64,000 nucleotides of DNA, from positions 2,528,001-2,592,000 of the forward strand of contig OZ250173.1 in assembly GCA_965238075.1 (NCBI GenBank), in the 5' to 3' direction. This document shows positions 9,412 to 17,804 of this stretch, in pieces (the first letter of the stretch is position 1; each line of letters begins with the position of its first letter). Both the position numbers and the translations under genes were made by a program. The DNA is from Candidatus Entotheonellaceae bacterium (lineage in GTDB: Bacteria; Tectomicrobia; Entotheonellia; Entotheonellales; Entotheonellaceae). The notes below the pieces were generated by a model. That model had not been told where the DNA came from and searched no databases. It worked only from the letters and a program-made list of their open reading frames with translations.

Positions 9412-10248
9412 ATGCCGCCGAATTTTGCCGCCGTCCGAGAACGCTATCTCGGTGACCTTGTTGCCAACCAGTGGTACGACGTCCGCACCTTCGGCAAGAA
9501 ACAGAGGACGGCTCTCAGCCCACCCGCCTACCTCGTCGAGCTCATCCGGCACACGCAAGTGACGGCGGTGGAGATGCACAGCCATACGCCGCGCTCGGAC
9601 GGGCTGATCGAGCCGCAGCGCATCGCCGCCTGGACCAACGCCCTATACAAGAAAGGCTATTTCCGCCACGGACATCTGGCGGTGCCGCTCGTGGTGGTGG
9701 TTACCGATCACGATTACATCTATAGCTGCGACGAACTGCAAGCCGTTTCGGGCGACAGCGGCCTGACGCTGCTATCCGCTGCCGAGGTCAGCACCGCCCA
9801 CGGCCACGTGCTGTATTACGGCGCCCAGGATGAGGTCATCGCGTCCTGCGACCTGCGGCAGCCGCAGCTCACGGTGCAGCCTGACGGCCCGGCATTTCTT
9901 CGCCAAGTCGCTGGATTGGAAGGCGGCGTGGCGGTCCCAGCGCATCCCTATCGCGAAACGAGCATTTTGCGAGAGCTTCCGGGCGACGAGGTGGCACCCC
10001 TGCTCGGAACGGTGGAGATCCTGAACGGCAAGACCCCGGCAGATCAGAATCTGAGCGCCATCGAATACGCCCGCAAGCACGGCCTGCGCGGCACCGGCGG
10101 CAGCGATGCGCACCAGATATCCCGCCTATATTCCTACCTGACCCTGTTCGACGGCCCGATTCGCACCCTGAACGATCTGGTTCTCGGCCTGCGCCAGGGC
10201 GACTTCTTCCCCGTGCACGGCGAGCATTTGCGTTTCAAGGAAAGCTGA
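9412..10248 (+). CDS. PHP-domain phosphoesterase
   Basis: HSHT..SDG, VTDHD, EVSTAHGH, AHPYR, GGSDAH. Confidence 0.9.
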   Translation: MPPNFAAVRERYLGDLVANQWYDVRTFGKKQRTALSPPAYLVELIRHTQVTAVEMHSHTPRSDGLIEPQRIAAWTNALYKKGYFRHGHLAVPLVVVVTDHDYIYSCDELQAVSGDSGLTLLSAAEVSTAHGHVLYYGAQDEVIASCDLRQPQLTVQPDGPAFLRQVAGLEGGVAVPAHPYRETSILRELPGDEVAPLLGTVEILNGKTPADQNLSAIEYARKHGLRGTGGSDAHQISRLYSYLTLFDGPIRTLNDLVLGLRQGDFFPVHGEHLRFKES

Positions 10249-10274
10249 GGCGAGAGAACCGGCAAAACGGCGGG

Positions 10275-11990
10275 TCAGTAGCTGCCGTAGACGCCGAGTG
10301 AGGATCGCAGGCGTTCCTGCATCGGTTCGGAAGGATCGATGGTGACGTCAACGACCGCCGGTTTCTGACCACTGAGGGCCTCGCGTACGGCGGGTTTGAT
10401 GTCGTCCGGCTGTCTCACCTTGAGACCCACGCAGCCGTAGCCCTGCGCGACCGCCGCCCAGTCGGTGCGCACGAACTCCGAGGCGACCGGCTGATCCCCC
10501 TGTCCCTGGCGTACCATGCCCAATTGGGCGTCGTTCATCACCACGTACGTCACCGGCGCGTCATATTGCAAGGCGGTGCTCAGCACGTGATTCTGCATGG
10601 CGAAGCCGTCGCTGCATACCGACACGCATTGACGGTCGGGGTGGAGCAGCTTGGCCGTCAGCGCCGCCGGCAGCGACCAGCTCATGCCGGCAATGCCGTA
10701 GGTGCCGAAGTAGTTGCCGGCCTGCTGGGTTTGAAAGTAGCGCAGCATCCACACCCGGTTGTTGCCGGCGTCGGCGCATACGATGGCGTCGGGGTCTAGG
10801 GTTTCGGACAACTCTCTGGCCAGCCGTTGCGGGAGGATGGGCACGGCGCCTGAGGCGCTGTAGGTGTCGTCGAAGTAGTGGAGGGCCTGTTTGTCGGCTT
10901 GCAATTGGGAAAAGCGCGGCAGGTCGGTATAGGCGGGGCGTACACCGCCGTCGGCCAGTGCTTCGTTGAGTTGGGCGAGGGTGGCCTTGGCGTCACCGAT
11001 CAGGCCGAGATCGATGGGAAAGACCCAGCCGGCGTTGCGCGGCTCGACGTCGAGCTGGATCAGCGTCTGACGGTGGGGATCGATCAGGTGCGGACTTTCC
11101 GTAATCGTGTCCGGACCCTTTAACCGGCAGCCGACGATGAGCACGAGGTCGGCCTCGCTGATGACCTTGTTGGCCGCCGGTGAGCCGAAAATACCCATGC
11201 CGCCGAGCGCCAGCGGGTGGGCTTCCGCGAATACCCCTTTGCCCAGCGTGCTGGTGGCTACCGGGATGCCGAGGACCTCGGCCAGGGTTTGCAACTCGGC
11301 GTACGCCTTTGAAGCGTGCACGCCGTTGCCGGCCACGATCACGGGTCGTTCCGCGTCAAGCAGGCGCTCAACGGTGCGTTCGATGTCGCTGGGGTGCGGG
11401 ACCGTCGGAGCGTTCTGCATGTAACCCCGCGTGTCGTAGATGCGCGGGAATGTATCGTCCGTGATCTCGCCGCGCAGCGACTCGATGGCCAGCACTGCGG
11501 CCGTCGGACCCGGGCGTCCGGTGACCGCGTGCTTGATGGCCCGCTGCACCGCCTGCACGCCCTCGCCGGGGCTGTGAGCGACCGCGGTGAATTTGCAGGT
11601 CGCCTTGAAAATCGCCGCGATGTCGAAGTTGCCGTACTCCCCGCCGCCGCATTGCAGGGAGCCGTGTCCGGGCGGCACGCCGTACGTGGTGATGTCGGTA
11701 ATCACCAGCATCGGCGAGCTGCCGAGCCCCGCTTCGATGACGCCGAACAGCCCGGTGGAGGCGGCGTAGCAGCCCTGCGCCATGAACACCCCCGGCTTGC
11801 CGGTCAGGCGGCCATACATGTCGGCCATGCACGCCGCCGTCTGCTCGTCGCGTGCCAGCACCACCTTGATTTTGTCCTGCTTGCCATACAGCGCCTTGAA
11901 TATCTGGCCGGTGTCGCCGCCGGGAAGGCCGAAGACGTGGTCGATGCCTGCCTCTTCGAGAACGTCGACAATTTTATCGACGGTGCGCAT
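10275..11990 (-). CDS. Thiamine pyrophosphate-binding protein (acetolactate synthase-like)
   Basis: VFGLPGG, ARDEQTAACMAD, GRPGP, SDGFAM...VVMNDAQLGMVRQ. Confidence 0.9.
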   Translation of the reverse strand: MRTVDKIVDVLEEAGIDHVFGLPGGDTGQIFKALYGKQDKIKVVLARDEQTAACMADMYGRLTGKPGVFMAQGCYAASTGLFGVIEAGLGSSPMLVITDITTYGVPPGHGSLQCGGGEYGNFDIAAIFKATCKFTAVAHSPGEGVQAVQRAIKHAVTGRPGPTAAVLAIESLRGEITDDTFPRIYDTRGYMQNAPTVPHPSDIERTVERLLDAERPVIVAGNGVHASKAYAELQTLAEVLGIPVATSTLGKGVFAEAHPLALGGMGIFGSPAANKVISEADLVLIVGCRLKGPDTITESPHLIDPHRQTLIQLDVEPRNAGWVFPIDLGLIGDAKATLAQLNEALADGGVRPAYTDLPRFSQLQADKQALHYFDDTYSASGAVPILPQRLARELSETLDPDAIVCADAGNNRVWMLRYFQTQQAGNYFGTYGIAGMSWSLPAALTAKLLHPDRQCVSVCSDGFAMQNHVLSTALQYDAPVTYVVMNDAQLGMVRQGQGDQPVASEFVRTDWAAVAQGYGCVGLKVRQPDDIKPAVREALSGQKPAVVDVTIDPSEPMQERLRSSLGVYGSY

Positions 11991-12050
11991 GCCGAGATTT
12001 CCTCACATGAGCTGGGGTCCGGAGCCGTTTTTGCACCAAAATCAGGGGTT

Positions 12051-12294
12051 TCTGGAAGATCAGGCGCCTTCCTGTGGATAAACGCGGCACTTGTATGCTG
12101 CGTTTTGCAGCAGTTGTCTGCTACAAATTTGTGCAATCCCATAAGCCATGGTAAATCAGATACATATGGAATTAACGTAGAGATGGGTATTTTGCTCTAA
12201 AACCGCGAAATAGCGTCATTTAGCCGCCCTGCGAGTTCCTCTTTTCCCCATCTTTTCCACAAAACCTGTCAACAACTCCGTTAGCTTATTCAAT
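12051..12294. promoter_or_regulatory. DnaA-box cluster flanking an AT-rich core
   Basis: Perfect TGTGGATAA at 12073-12081; TTTTCCCCA 12242, TTTTCCACA 12253, degenerate boxes at 12051, 12266, 12286. Confidence 0.5.
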
Positions 12295-12309
12295 TGCCGC
12301 ATTTTGGAC

Positions 12310-13452
12310 CTATGCGGCGACCTCGTCGGGCAGATTGATGCCGTAGAGGCTGAGAACGTTCCGGCTGGTCATTCTTTCCTTTTCGTCTTCGGGAACGCCC
12401 TCGAAAATGCGATCTAATACCGACATGGAATGCGGCCAGATGGAGTCGTGGTGCGGGTAGTCGTTACCCCAGATGAGGTTGTCCACGCCGATCAGGTGGC
12501 GGGTCAGAACGCCGGCCACATCGTCCTCAAAAGTGGCGTAGAACTGGCGCCGGAAATAATCGCTGGGCTCCATCGTGAGGTCGGGGGACGCTTCCGAGCG
12601 GGTGCGATAGGTGGCGTGGTCGAGGCGCTGCAGGATGTGCGCCAGCCAGCCGGTTTCGAATTCGCAGCACACGAAGCGCAGCTTGGGATGATGCTCGGCA
12701 ACGCCGCCGCAAATCAGTTGCGCCATGGTGGCGACCATACCGCCGTGCGTCATGGTGTAGCCAATGATGCTGCGTCCGGGGTTGCCCCAGTGCGCCGGCA
12801 GGCCCATGTCCGGCGTGCTGCCGCAGAAGATGTGCATGGAGACGGGCAGGTTCACCTCTTCCGCCGCTTCCCAGAAGGGCTCAAAATCCGGGTGGTTGTA
12901 CGGTTTGTCGAGCGGCGCCGTGCAGGGGATGGCCACGCCGCGGATGCCCATCTTGGCAACGCGGTGCAATTCGGCGATGGCTTCCTCGACGTCGGGCAGG
13001 GGTAGGCAGGCGATGCCGATCAGGCGGTCCGGGGCATGGCTTCCGTACTCATGGATCCAGTCGTTGTGCCGCCGGAACACCGCGTGCACCACGTCCCGCT
13101 CGGGGTAGGCGAACGCCGCCATGTTGACGCTGGGATACATGACCTCGCCGACGATGCCGTCGACCGCTTGTTCCTCAAGACGGGCCGCCGGATTGTGAAC
13201 ACCCGGGTTCAAGCCGTCGTAGCCGAGAGCCATGAGCTCATGCGTCTTGGGATTGTCGAGGCGATTGCCGGCGATGCCGAGGCGGCCGATATTCATGAGC
13301 GTCTCGCCATAGGCCACGTAAGTGCCCTTGCGTCCGTCCGGGTCGTTCACGATACGCGGCGCGCGGCTGCCGAAACGTTCTTCCAAGCCGGCAAATACCT
13401 CGGGCGGTTCGACGACGTGCGAGTCGCATGAATAATACCTGCTCATGGTCAT
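12310..13452 (-). CDS. Amidohydrolase family protein
   Basis: SCDSHVVEP, VSMHI, CEFETGW, IWGNDYPHHDS. Confidence 0.9.
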   Translation of the reverse strand: MTMSRYYSCDSHVVEPPEVFAGLEERFGSRAPRIVNDPDGRKGTYVAYGETLMNIGRLGIAGNRLDNPKTHELMALGYDGLNPGVHNPAARLEEQAVDGIVGEVMYPSVNMAAFAYPERDVVHAVFRRHNDWIHEYGSHAPDRLIGIACLPLPDVEEAIAELHRVAKMGIRGVAIPCTAPLDKPYNHPDFEPFWEAAEEVNLPVSMHIFCGSTPDMGLPAHWGNPGRSIIGYTMTHGGMVATMAQLICGGVAEHHPKLRFVCCEFETGWLAHILQRLDHATYRTRSEASPDLTMEPSDYFRRQFYATFEDDVAGVLTRHLIGVDNLIWGNDYPHHDSIWPHSMSVLDRIFEGVPEDEKERMTSRNVLSLYGINLPDEVAA

Positions 13453-13510
13453 GTCTCCTTTTGGTTATCGGGCCATCGGAACCTCAAAGCGGGGCGCTAG
13501 TCTGGTCTTT

Positions 13511-14212
13511 CTACCCCAAAAAATCAAGCAGCCGCCGGGCCGATTCGGGGTCGAGACGGCGGCTGGTCTCCTGGCGCGCAACCCCCTGCAGCTGGTGCCA
13601 ATGGGCTTGCAGAAAATGTACGACGCGCGGTTCATCGTGCTTGCTCAACTCCCGCAGCCACCAGCCGATGGCCTTCTGGACGAACCACTCCGGGTCGGCG
13701 GCGTATCCGGCGGCCCACGTCAGGACGCGTTCGGGGTCGTGGCCGGGCTTCGCGTACGGCAGGGTGTAGACGAGCGCTGCCCGGCGTCGCCAGATACCGG
13801 GGTGCATCGTCCAGCGTTCCATGTCGTCGAGGACGGCGGGGTCGTCCAACAGGCATTTCCAGGCTGCCGGGGCCAGGACGTCTTCCAGAGCCCAGCTGTT
13901 CACATCGTCCAGCCAAGCGTCGAGGGTGTGCCAGAGCCGGGGCGAGACAGGTATCTCCCGGCGGCCCAGAATGCGACCTGGGGCCATCATCAGATCGAAG
14001 GTGCCGCTGTCCCACAGTGCCTGAGCCAGTTGCAGCAGCCCCGCCGTCGTGTGCTGTTTGACGTCACATTTGACCACGCTGTCGAGTTGCGGCATTTTGA
14101 TACCCCAGTGCGGCCGCGCTGATTTGTGGTATTGCCGGTCGCGTTCGGCGCGTGCCGGGTCCGTCAACGCCCGGACCGCCTGGATGAACTGCGGCGCAGG
14201 TTCAGGACCCAT
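13511..14212 (-). CDS. DNA alkylation repair protein (AlkD-like)
   Basis: NSWALED, IWRRRAAL, WFVQKAIGWWLRELSK; GGAGG RBS before ATG 14212. Confidence 0.85.
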   Translation of the reverse strand: MGPEPAPQFIQAVRALTDPARAERDRQYHKSARPHWGIKMPQLDSVVKCDVKQHTTAGLLQLAQALWDSGTFDLMMAPGRILGRREIPVSPRLWHTLDAWLDDVNSWALEDVLAPAAWKCLLDDPAVLDDMERWTMHPGIWRRRAALVYTLPYAKPGHDPERVLTWAAGYAADPEWFVQKAIGWWLRELSKHDEPRVVHFLQAHWHQLQGVARQETSRRLDPESARRLLDFLG

Positions 14213-14263
14213 GTCTGACGCCTCCACGTATGCGTAACCCGAGATGATGCAAGGAGAATTGCC

Positions 14264-15748
14264 GTGTTTGAAGCGGCCGAGGTAGGGCACAAAATACGGA
14301 AAGCCGAATACGAGGCCCTCGTTCCCCAGCTCCGGGTTGACTTGGTCAACGCGCAGTACGATCTGCGCACGGCGGGTTTTCCGGTCATCATCGTCATCGC
14401 CGGTAACGACCGGGCGGGGTGCAACGACATTCTGCGCAAGCTGCATGAGGTCATGGACGCCCGGTTCATGCAGACTAACGCGCTGGGGCTGCCGACCGAA
14501 GAGGAGCTCGAACGCCCGCGTTTCTGGCGCTACTGGCGCCGGCTGCCGCCCCGCGGACGCATCGGCATCTTTCTCGGCGCCTGGGTGGGCGCCCTGATCC
14601 GGGAGCGTTTTGACAGCACCCTTGACCCGATGCAGGTGCGGCAGCAGATCGATCACATCCGGCGTTTCGAAGAACACTTGGTCAACGACGGCGCCCTGCT
14701 GCTGAAGTTCTGGCTGCACCTGCCGAAACAGGAACTTAAGAAGCGTCTGAAGCAGGCCAGGAAACACCCCGAGCGGGGTTGGCAGGTCGATACCGAGGAC
14801 TGGGAGATATACAGCCGCTATGCCAAGGTACTGCCAATCGCCGAGCAGGTGGTGCGCGAGACGAGCACCGGCGAGGCCCCCTGGCACATCGTGGAAAGTA
14901 CCGATCCGCATTACCGCAATTTACACATCACCCGCACTATCTTGGAAAGCCTGACCCGGCGGCTGACGCAGCCGCAGGCCGTGGTTTCGCCGTCCGGCAA
15001 TGGGCAGGTTGTCAATACGATTACCGAAGATGATCCGACCATCCTCGATACGGTCGATCTCAGCAGGAAGCTGCCGCGTGCCGAATACCGTGCGCAACTG
15101 CGGACGTACCAGGCGCAGTTGGACCGCCTGACGCGCCAGGCGCGCGAGGTCGGCCTCACCAGCGTCCTGGTGTTCGAGGGCTGGGACGCCGCCGGCAAGG
15201 GCGGGGTGATCCGGCGCCTGATTACCGCCATGGACCCGGTGAATTTTCAAATCGTGGCCACCGCCGCGCCCACCGAGGAGGAAAAGGCGCACCATTACCT
15301 ATGGCGTTTCTGGCGCCATCTGCCGCGTGCCGGCCGGGTGCTTATCTTCGACCGCAGTTGGTATGGGCGCATCCTGGTGGAGCGCATTGAGGGTTTCGCC
15401 AGCGAGCCCGAGTGGCGGCGCGCCTACAGCGAGATCAATGCCTTCGAGGAGCAGTTGAGCGAGCACGGCATCCTGCTGATGAAGTTCTGGCTGCACATCG
15501 ACGCGGACGAGCAAATGCGTCGTTTTCAGGCCCGCCTGGAAACCCCGTACAAGAAGTTCAAAATGACCGAAGAGGACTACCGCAACCGCGAGAAGTGGCG
15601 AGACTACGAACTGGCCCTGCACGAGATGGTGCAGCGTACCAGCACCGAGTACGCCCCCTGGCACCTGGTGGCCGCCAACAACAAGCCGTGGGCGCGCATC
15701 GAGGTGCTGAAGATGCATTGCCGCCAGTTGAAGCGCCGGCTGGGATAG
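14264..15748 (+). CDS. pap: Polyphosphate:AMP phosphotransferase (two-domain PPK2)
   Basis: Two PPK2 domains; FEGWDAAGKGG, FDRSWYGR; N-terminal P-loop degenerate (GNDRAGC). Confidence 0.92.
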   Translation: MFEAAEVGHKIRKAEYEALVPQLRVDLVNAQYDLRTAGFPVIIVIAGNDRAGCNDILRKLHEVMDARFMQTNALGLPTEEELERPRFWRYWRRLPPRGRIGIFLGAWVGALIRERFDSTLDPMQVRQQIDHIRRFEEHLVNDGALLLKFWLHLPKQELKKRLKQARKHPERGWQVDTEDWEIYSRYAKVLPIAEQVVRETSTGEAPWHIVESTDPHYRNLHITRTILESLTRRLTQPQAVVSPSGNGQVVNTITEDDPTILDTVDLSRKLPRAEYRAQLRTYQAQLDRLTRQAREVGLTSVLVFEGWDAAGKGGVIRRLITAMDPVNFQIVATAAPTEEEKAHHYLWRFWRHLPRAGRVLIFDRSWYGRILVERIEGFASEPEWRRAYSEINAFEEQLSEHGILLMKFWLHIDADEQMRRFQARLETPYKKFKMTEEDYRNREKWRDYELALHEMVQRTSTEYAPWHLVAANNKPWARIEVLKMHCRQLKRRLG

Positions 15749-15750
15749 AG

Positions 15751-16953
15751 TCAGAAAAACCGGGACAGCCGAAGCTGCACGTAGTCGTCCCGCCGCACGC
15801 TGTAGAGCAGGGCCGCTGACGGCACGTCGAAAAAGGCCACGGCTTCCAGTTCGATGGTCCAGCGGTCCCCGATGCGGCGGCTGGCCTCGATAAGGGCGAA
15901 TGTCGCGCCAGATTTGTCGTCAACGATGCCCCCCGCGAGAATGCTGGTGCTGCCGACGTCGTTGAAGGCCAGGCGGGCGCCGACAAACACGTCGTTTTCA
16001 AACGGTGTGCCGGGAGCCGCGGCGCTGCGGCCGTCGTAAAGGTATTCACCCAGCACGCCGAGGTCGAGTGTCGTACCCAACAGGTTGAAGAAGGTGTACT
16101 CGAACCCGGCGACGACGGCGCTGAAGCGGTCGCCGTGGCCCCAGCGGGTGATGGCTTCGAGCTTCCAAAGCCAGGCTTCAACCGTCCACTGCAGCTCGAG
16201 GCTGGCCTGGTCCATCTGGTCATAGACGGGGATCAAGCGAGGCTCGCCGTCGTCGCGAATGTCCAAGGTAAAACGCGGTTCCCGACTGGTGCCGCTGAAA
16301 TACCCGGCGGCGACGTCCCAGTCGCCCAACGCGTGGGTCCAGCGCGCTGCGACATCAGGATGCCATTCCTTCAGTGACGACTCGAACTGCGCGTTGTCCG
16401 TATCCACCACCAGCCCGGCGCGCAGCCGCCCCTCGCCGCCGGGGTAGGTGGGCTGGCGAAAATAGGGCAACACAAAGAACGTCAGTGTGCCCCAGTCCCG
16501 CGCCAAAGCCAGCCGCAGCATGGGTTGCCCCAGCTTGTCCTCACCATCCGAGTCCTCCACGAGGTCCGTCTGGTTGATCACGTCCACCAAATGCCGCGAT
16601 TCCGTCACGCCCCAGAACACCTTGCCGATGCCAACCAACACGTCCCAGGTCGGGGCGGCGTGCAGCCAGTTGAATTCTCGCAGGTCGAAGCGCCGGCGCC
16701 GGTCGTCGCTGAAGTCCAGGCGCGCCATCGGCACCACAGTCAGGTGGTCATTGCCGTTCGGCCAATCGTAGTAAAACTCGGGTTGCAACAGGAAGGAAGG
16801 CAGTACCTGATTGGTGTCTTGTTGCGGAAAGCTCGGCTGGTGCGGGAAACCCCGAACATCCAGCGCCACGAAACCTGATAAGGACGGCTGGGCTGCCGCC
16901 GTCACCGTCATGACCAGAACCAGCCAGGCGGCGCCCAGCCATCGGTGGCCCAT
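15751..16953 (-). CDS. Outer-membrane beta-barrel protein of unknown function
   Basis: Signal peptide, VFWGVTESRHLVDVINQTD, amphipathic strands, C-terminal F; operonic with the LolA-like and MMPL genes. Confidence 0.75.
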   Translation of the reverse strand: MGHRWLGAAWLVLVMTVTAAAQPSLSGFVALDVRGFPHQPSFPQQDTNQVLPSFLLQPEFYYDWPNGNDHLTVVPMARLDFSDDRRRRFDLREFNWLHAAPTWDVLVGIGKVFWGVTESRHLVDVINQTDLVEDSDGEDKLGQPMLRLALARDWGTLTFFVLPYFRQPTYPGGEGRLRAGLVVDTDNAQFESSLKEWHPDVAARWTHALGDWDVAAGYFSGTSREPRFTLDIRDDGEPRLIPVYDQMDQASLELQWTVEAWLWKLEAITRWGHGDRFSAVVAGFEYTFFNLLGTTLDLGVLGEYLYDGRSAAAPGTPFENDVFVGARLAFNDVGSTSILAGGIVDDKSGATFALIEASRRIGDRWTIELEAVAFFDVPSAALLYSVRRDDYVQLRLSRFF

Positions 16954-16958
16954 GAGGG

Positions 16959-17804
16959 TCACCGCGACCGTCTCAGGGCATTGCGCGTGAAGTCCGCCTC
17001 GGTCAGCCCAACGCGGAAACGGAGGTCGCTGTAGCTGAGTCGGGTGCTCTTGCCAGTCTGGTGGTTGTGCATGTCCAGAATCAAGGCGCGCCAATACTGG
17101 TCGAGGTATTGCCGGTAGTCGGAAAACGTCAGGGTTTTCAGGAGGTCATTCTTGCGATCATAGAAATCCACTTTCCAGAAGCGGTACTCGTCGTGGTCAA
17201 TCCAGGTGAACTGCCGGGTGTAGCCGGAGTCCTTGTACACCGGTACCCGTTCAACCACGAAGCATTGCAACTCGCCGCAGGGCTCGTCGCGCAGATAACG
17301 ATGCGTGTATTTGGCCACCTCCTGTGACGCCAAGTCTTCGTAGGCGAATTCGCTGCCGAGGAACGGCCCGGACTTGTTGGCCGAGGAGATGCGCTTGACG
17401 CGCTTGAGCGCCGGCAGGTACAGCCACTGGTCATCCTGTTCGTTGACATGAGTGAAGGTGAGCAGGGCGGTGCCGCGCACGTCGGGCGGGCTCTGGATGA
17501 CGCTCAGGATCTTGTCGCCGTCGCCTTCGTCGGGCACTTCCAGGGTATTAAGGCGCAGCTCGCGGGTGCTCGTTTGGCCGTTGGCGTTTTTCAGGATCAT
17601 CCTCAACACAGCCACGGAATTGCCAAAGCCAAGGTCTCGCCGGTCCGCTTCCATAGAAATCTCCAAGCCCTTCTGATCCTCCGGGCTCTGCGCTGCCGCG
17701 GCCAGCGGCAGGAGGGCAATGAGCAGCAGGCACGTCCAGCGCGGCAGGCCTCCCCACCGGCGCCGGTGGGTGGGTTGCGTTAGTTTGGGGGTGTGTTCAG
17801 ACAT
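16959..17804 (-). CDS. Outer-membrane lipoprotein-sorting (LolA-like) protein
   Basis: PPDVRGTALL, DDQWLYLPALKRVKRI, FLGSEFAYED. Confidence 0.88.
   Translation of the reverse strand: MSEHTPKLTQPTHRRRWGGLPRWTCLLLIALLPLAAAAQSPEDQKGLEISMEADRRDLGFGNSVAVLRMILKNANGQTSTRELRLNTLEVPDEGDGDKILSVIQSPPDVRGTALLTFTHVNEQDDQWLYLPALKRVKRISSANKSGPFLGSEFAYEDLASQEVAKYTHRYLRDEPCGELQCFVVERVPVYKDSGYTRQFTWIDHDEYRFWKVDFYDRKNDLLKTLTFSDYRQYLDQYWRALILDMHNHQTGKSTRLSYSDLRFRVGLTEADFTRNALRRSR

Noticed and set aside
14213-14911. N-terminal extension of the AlkD-like ORF
   Set aside because: Antisense to pap; a good RBS supports the start at 14212
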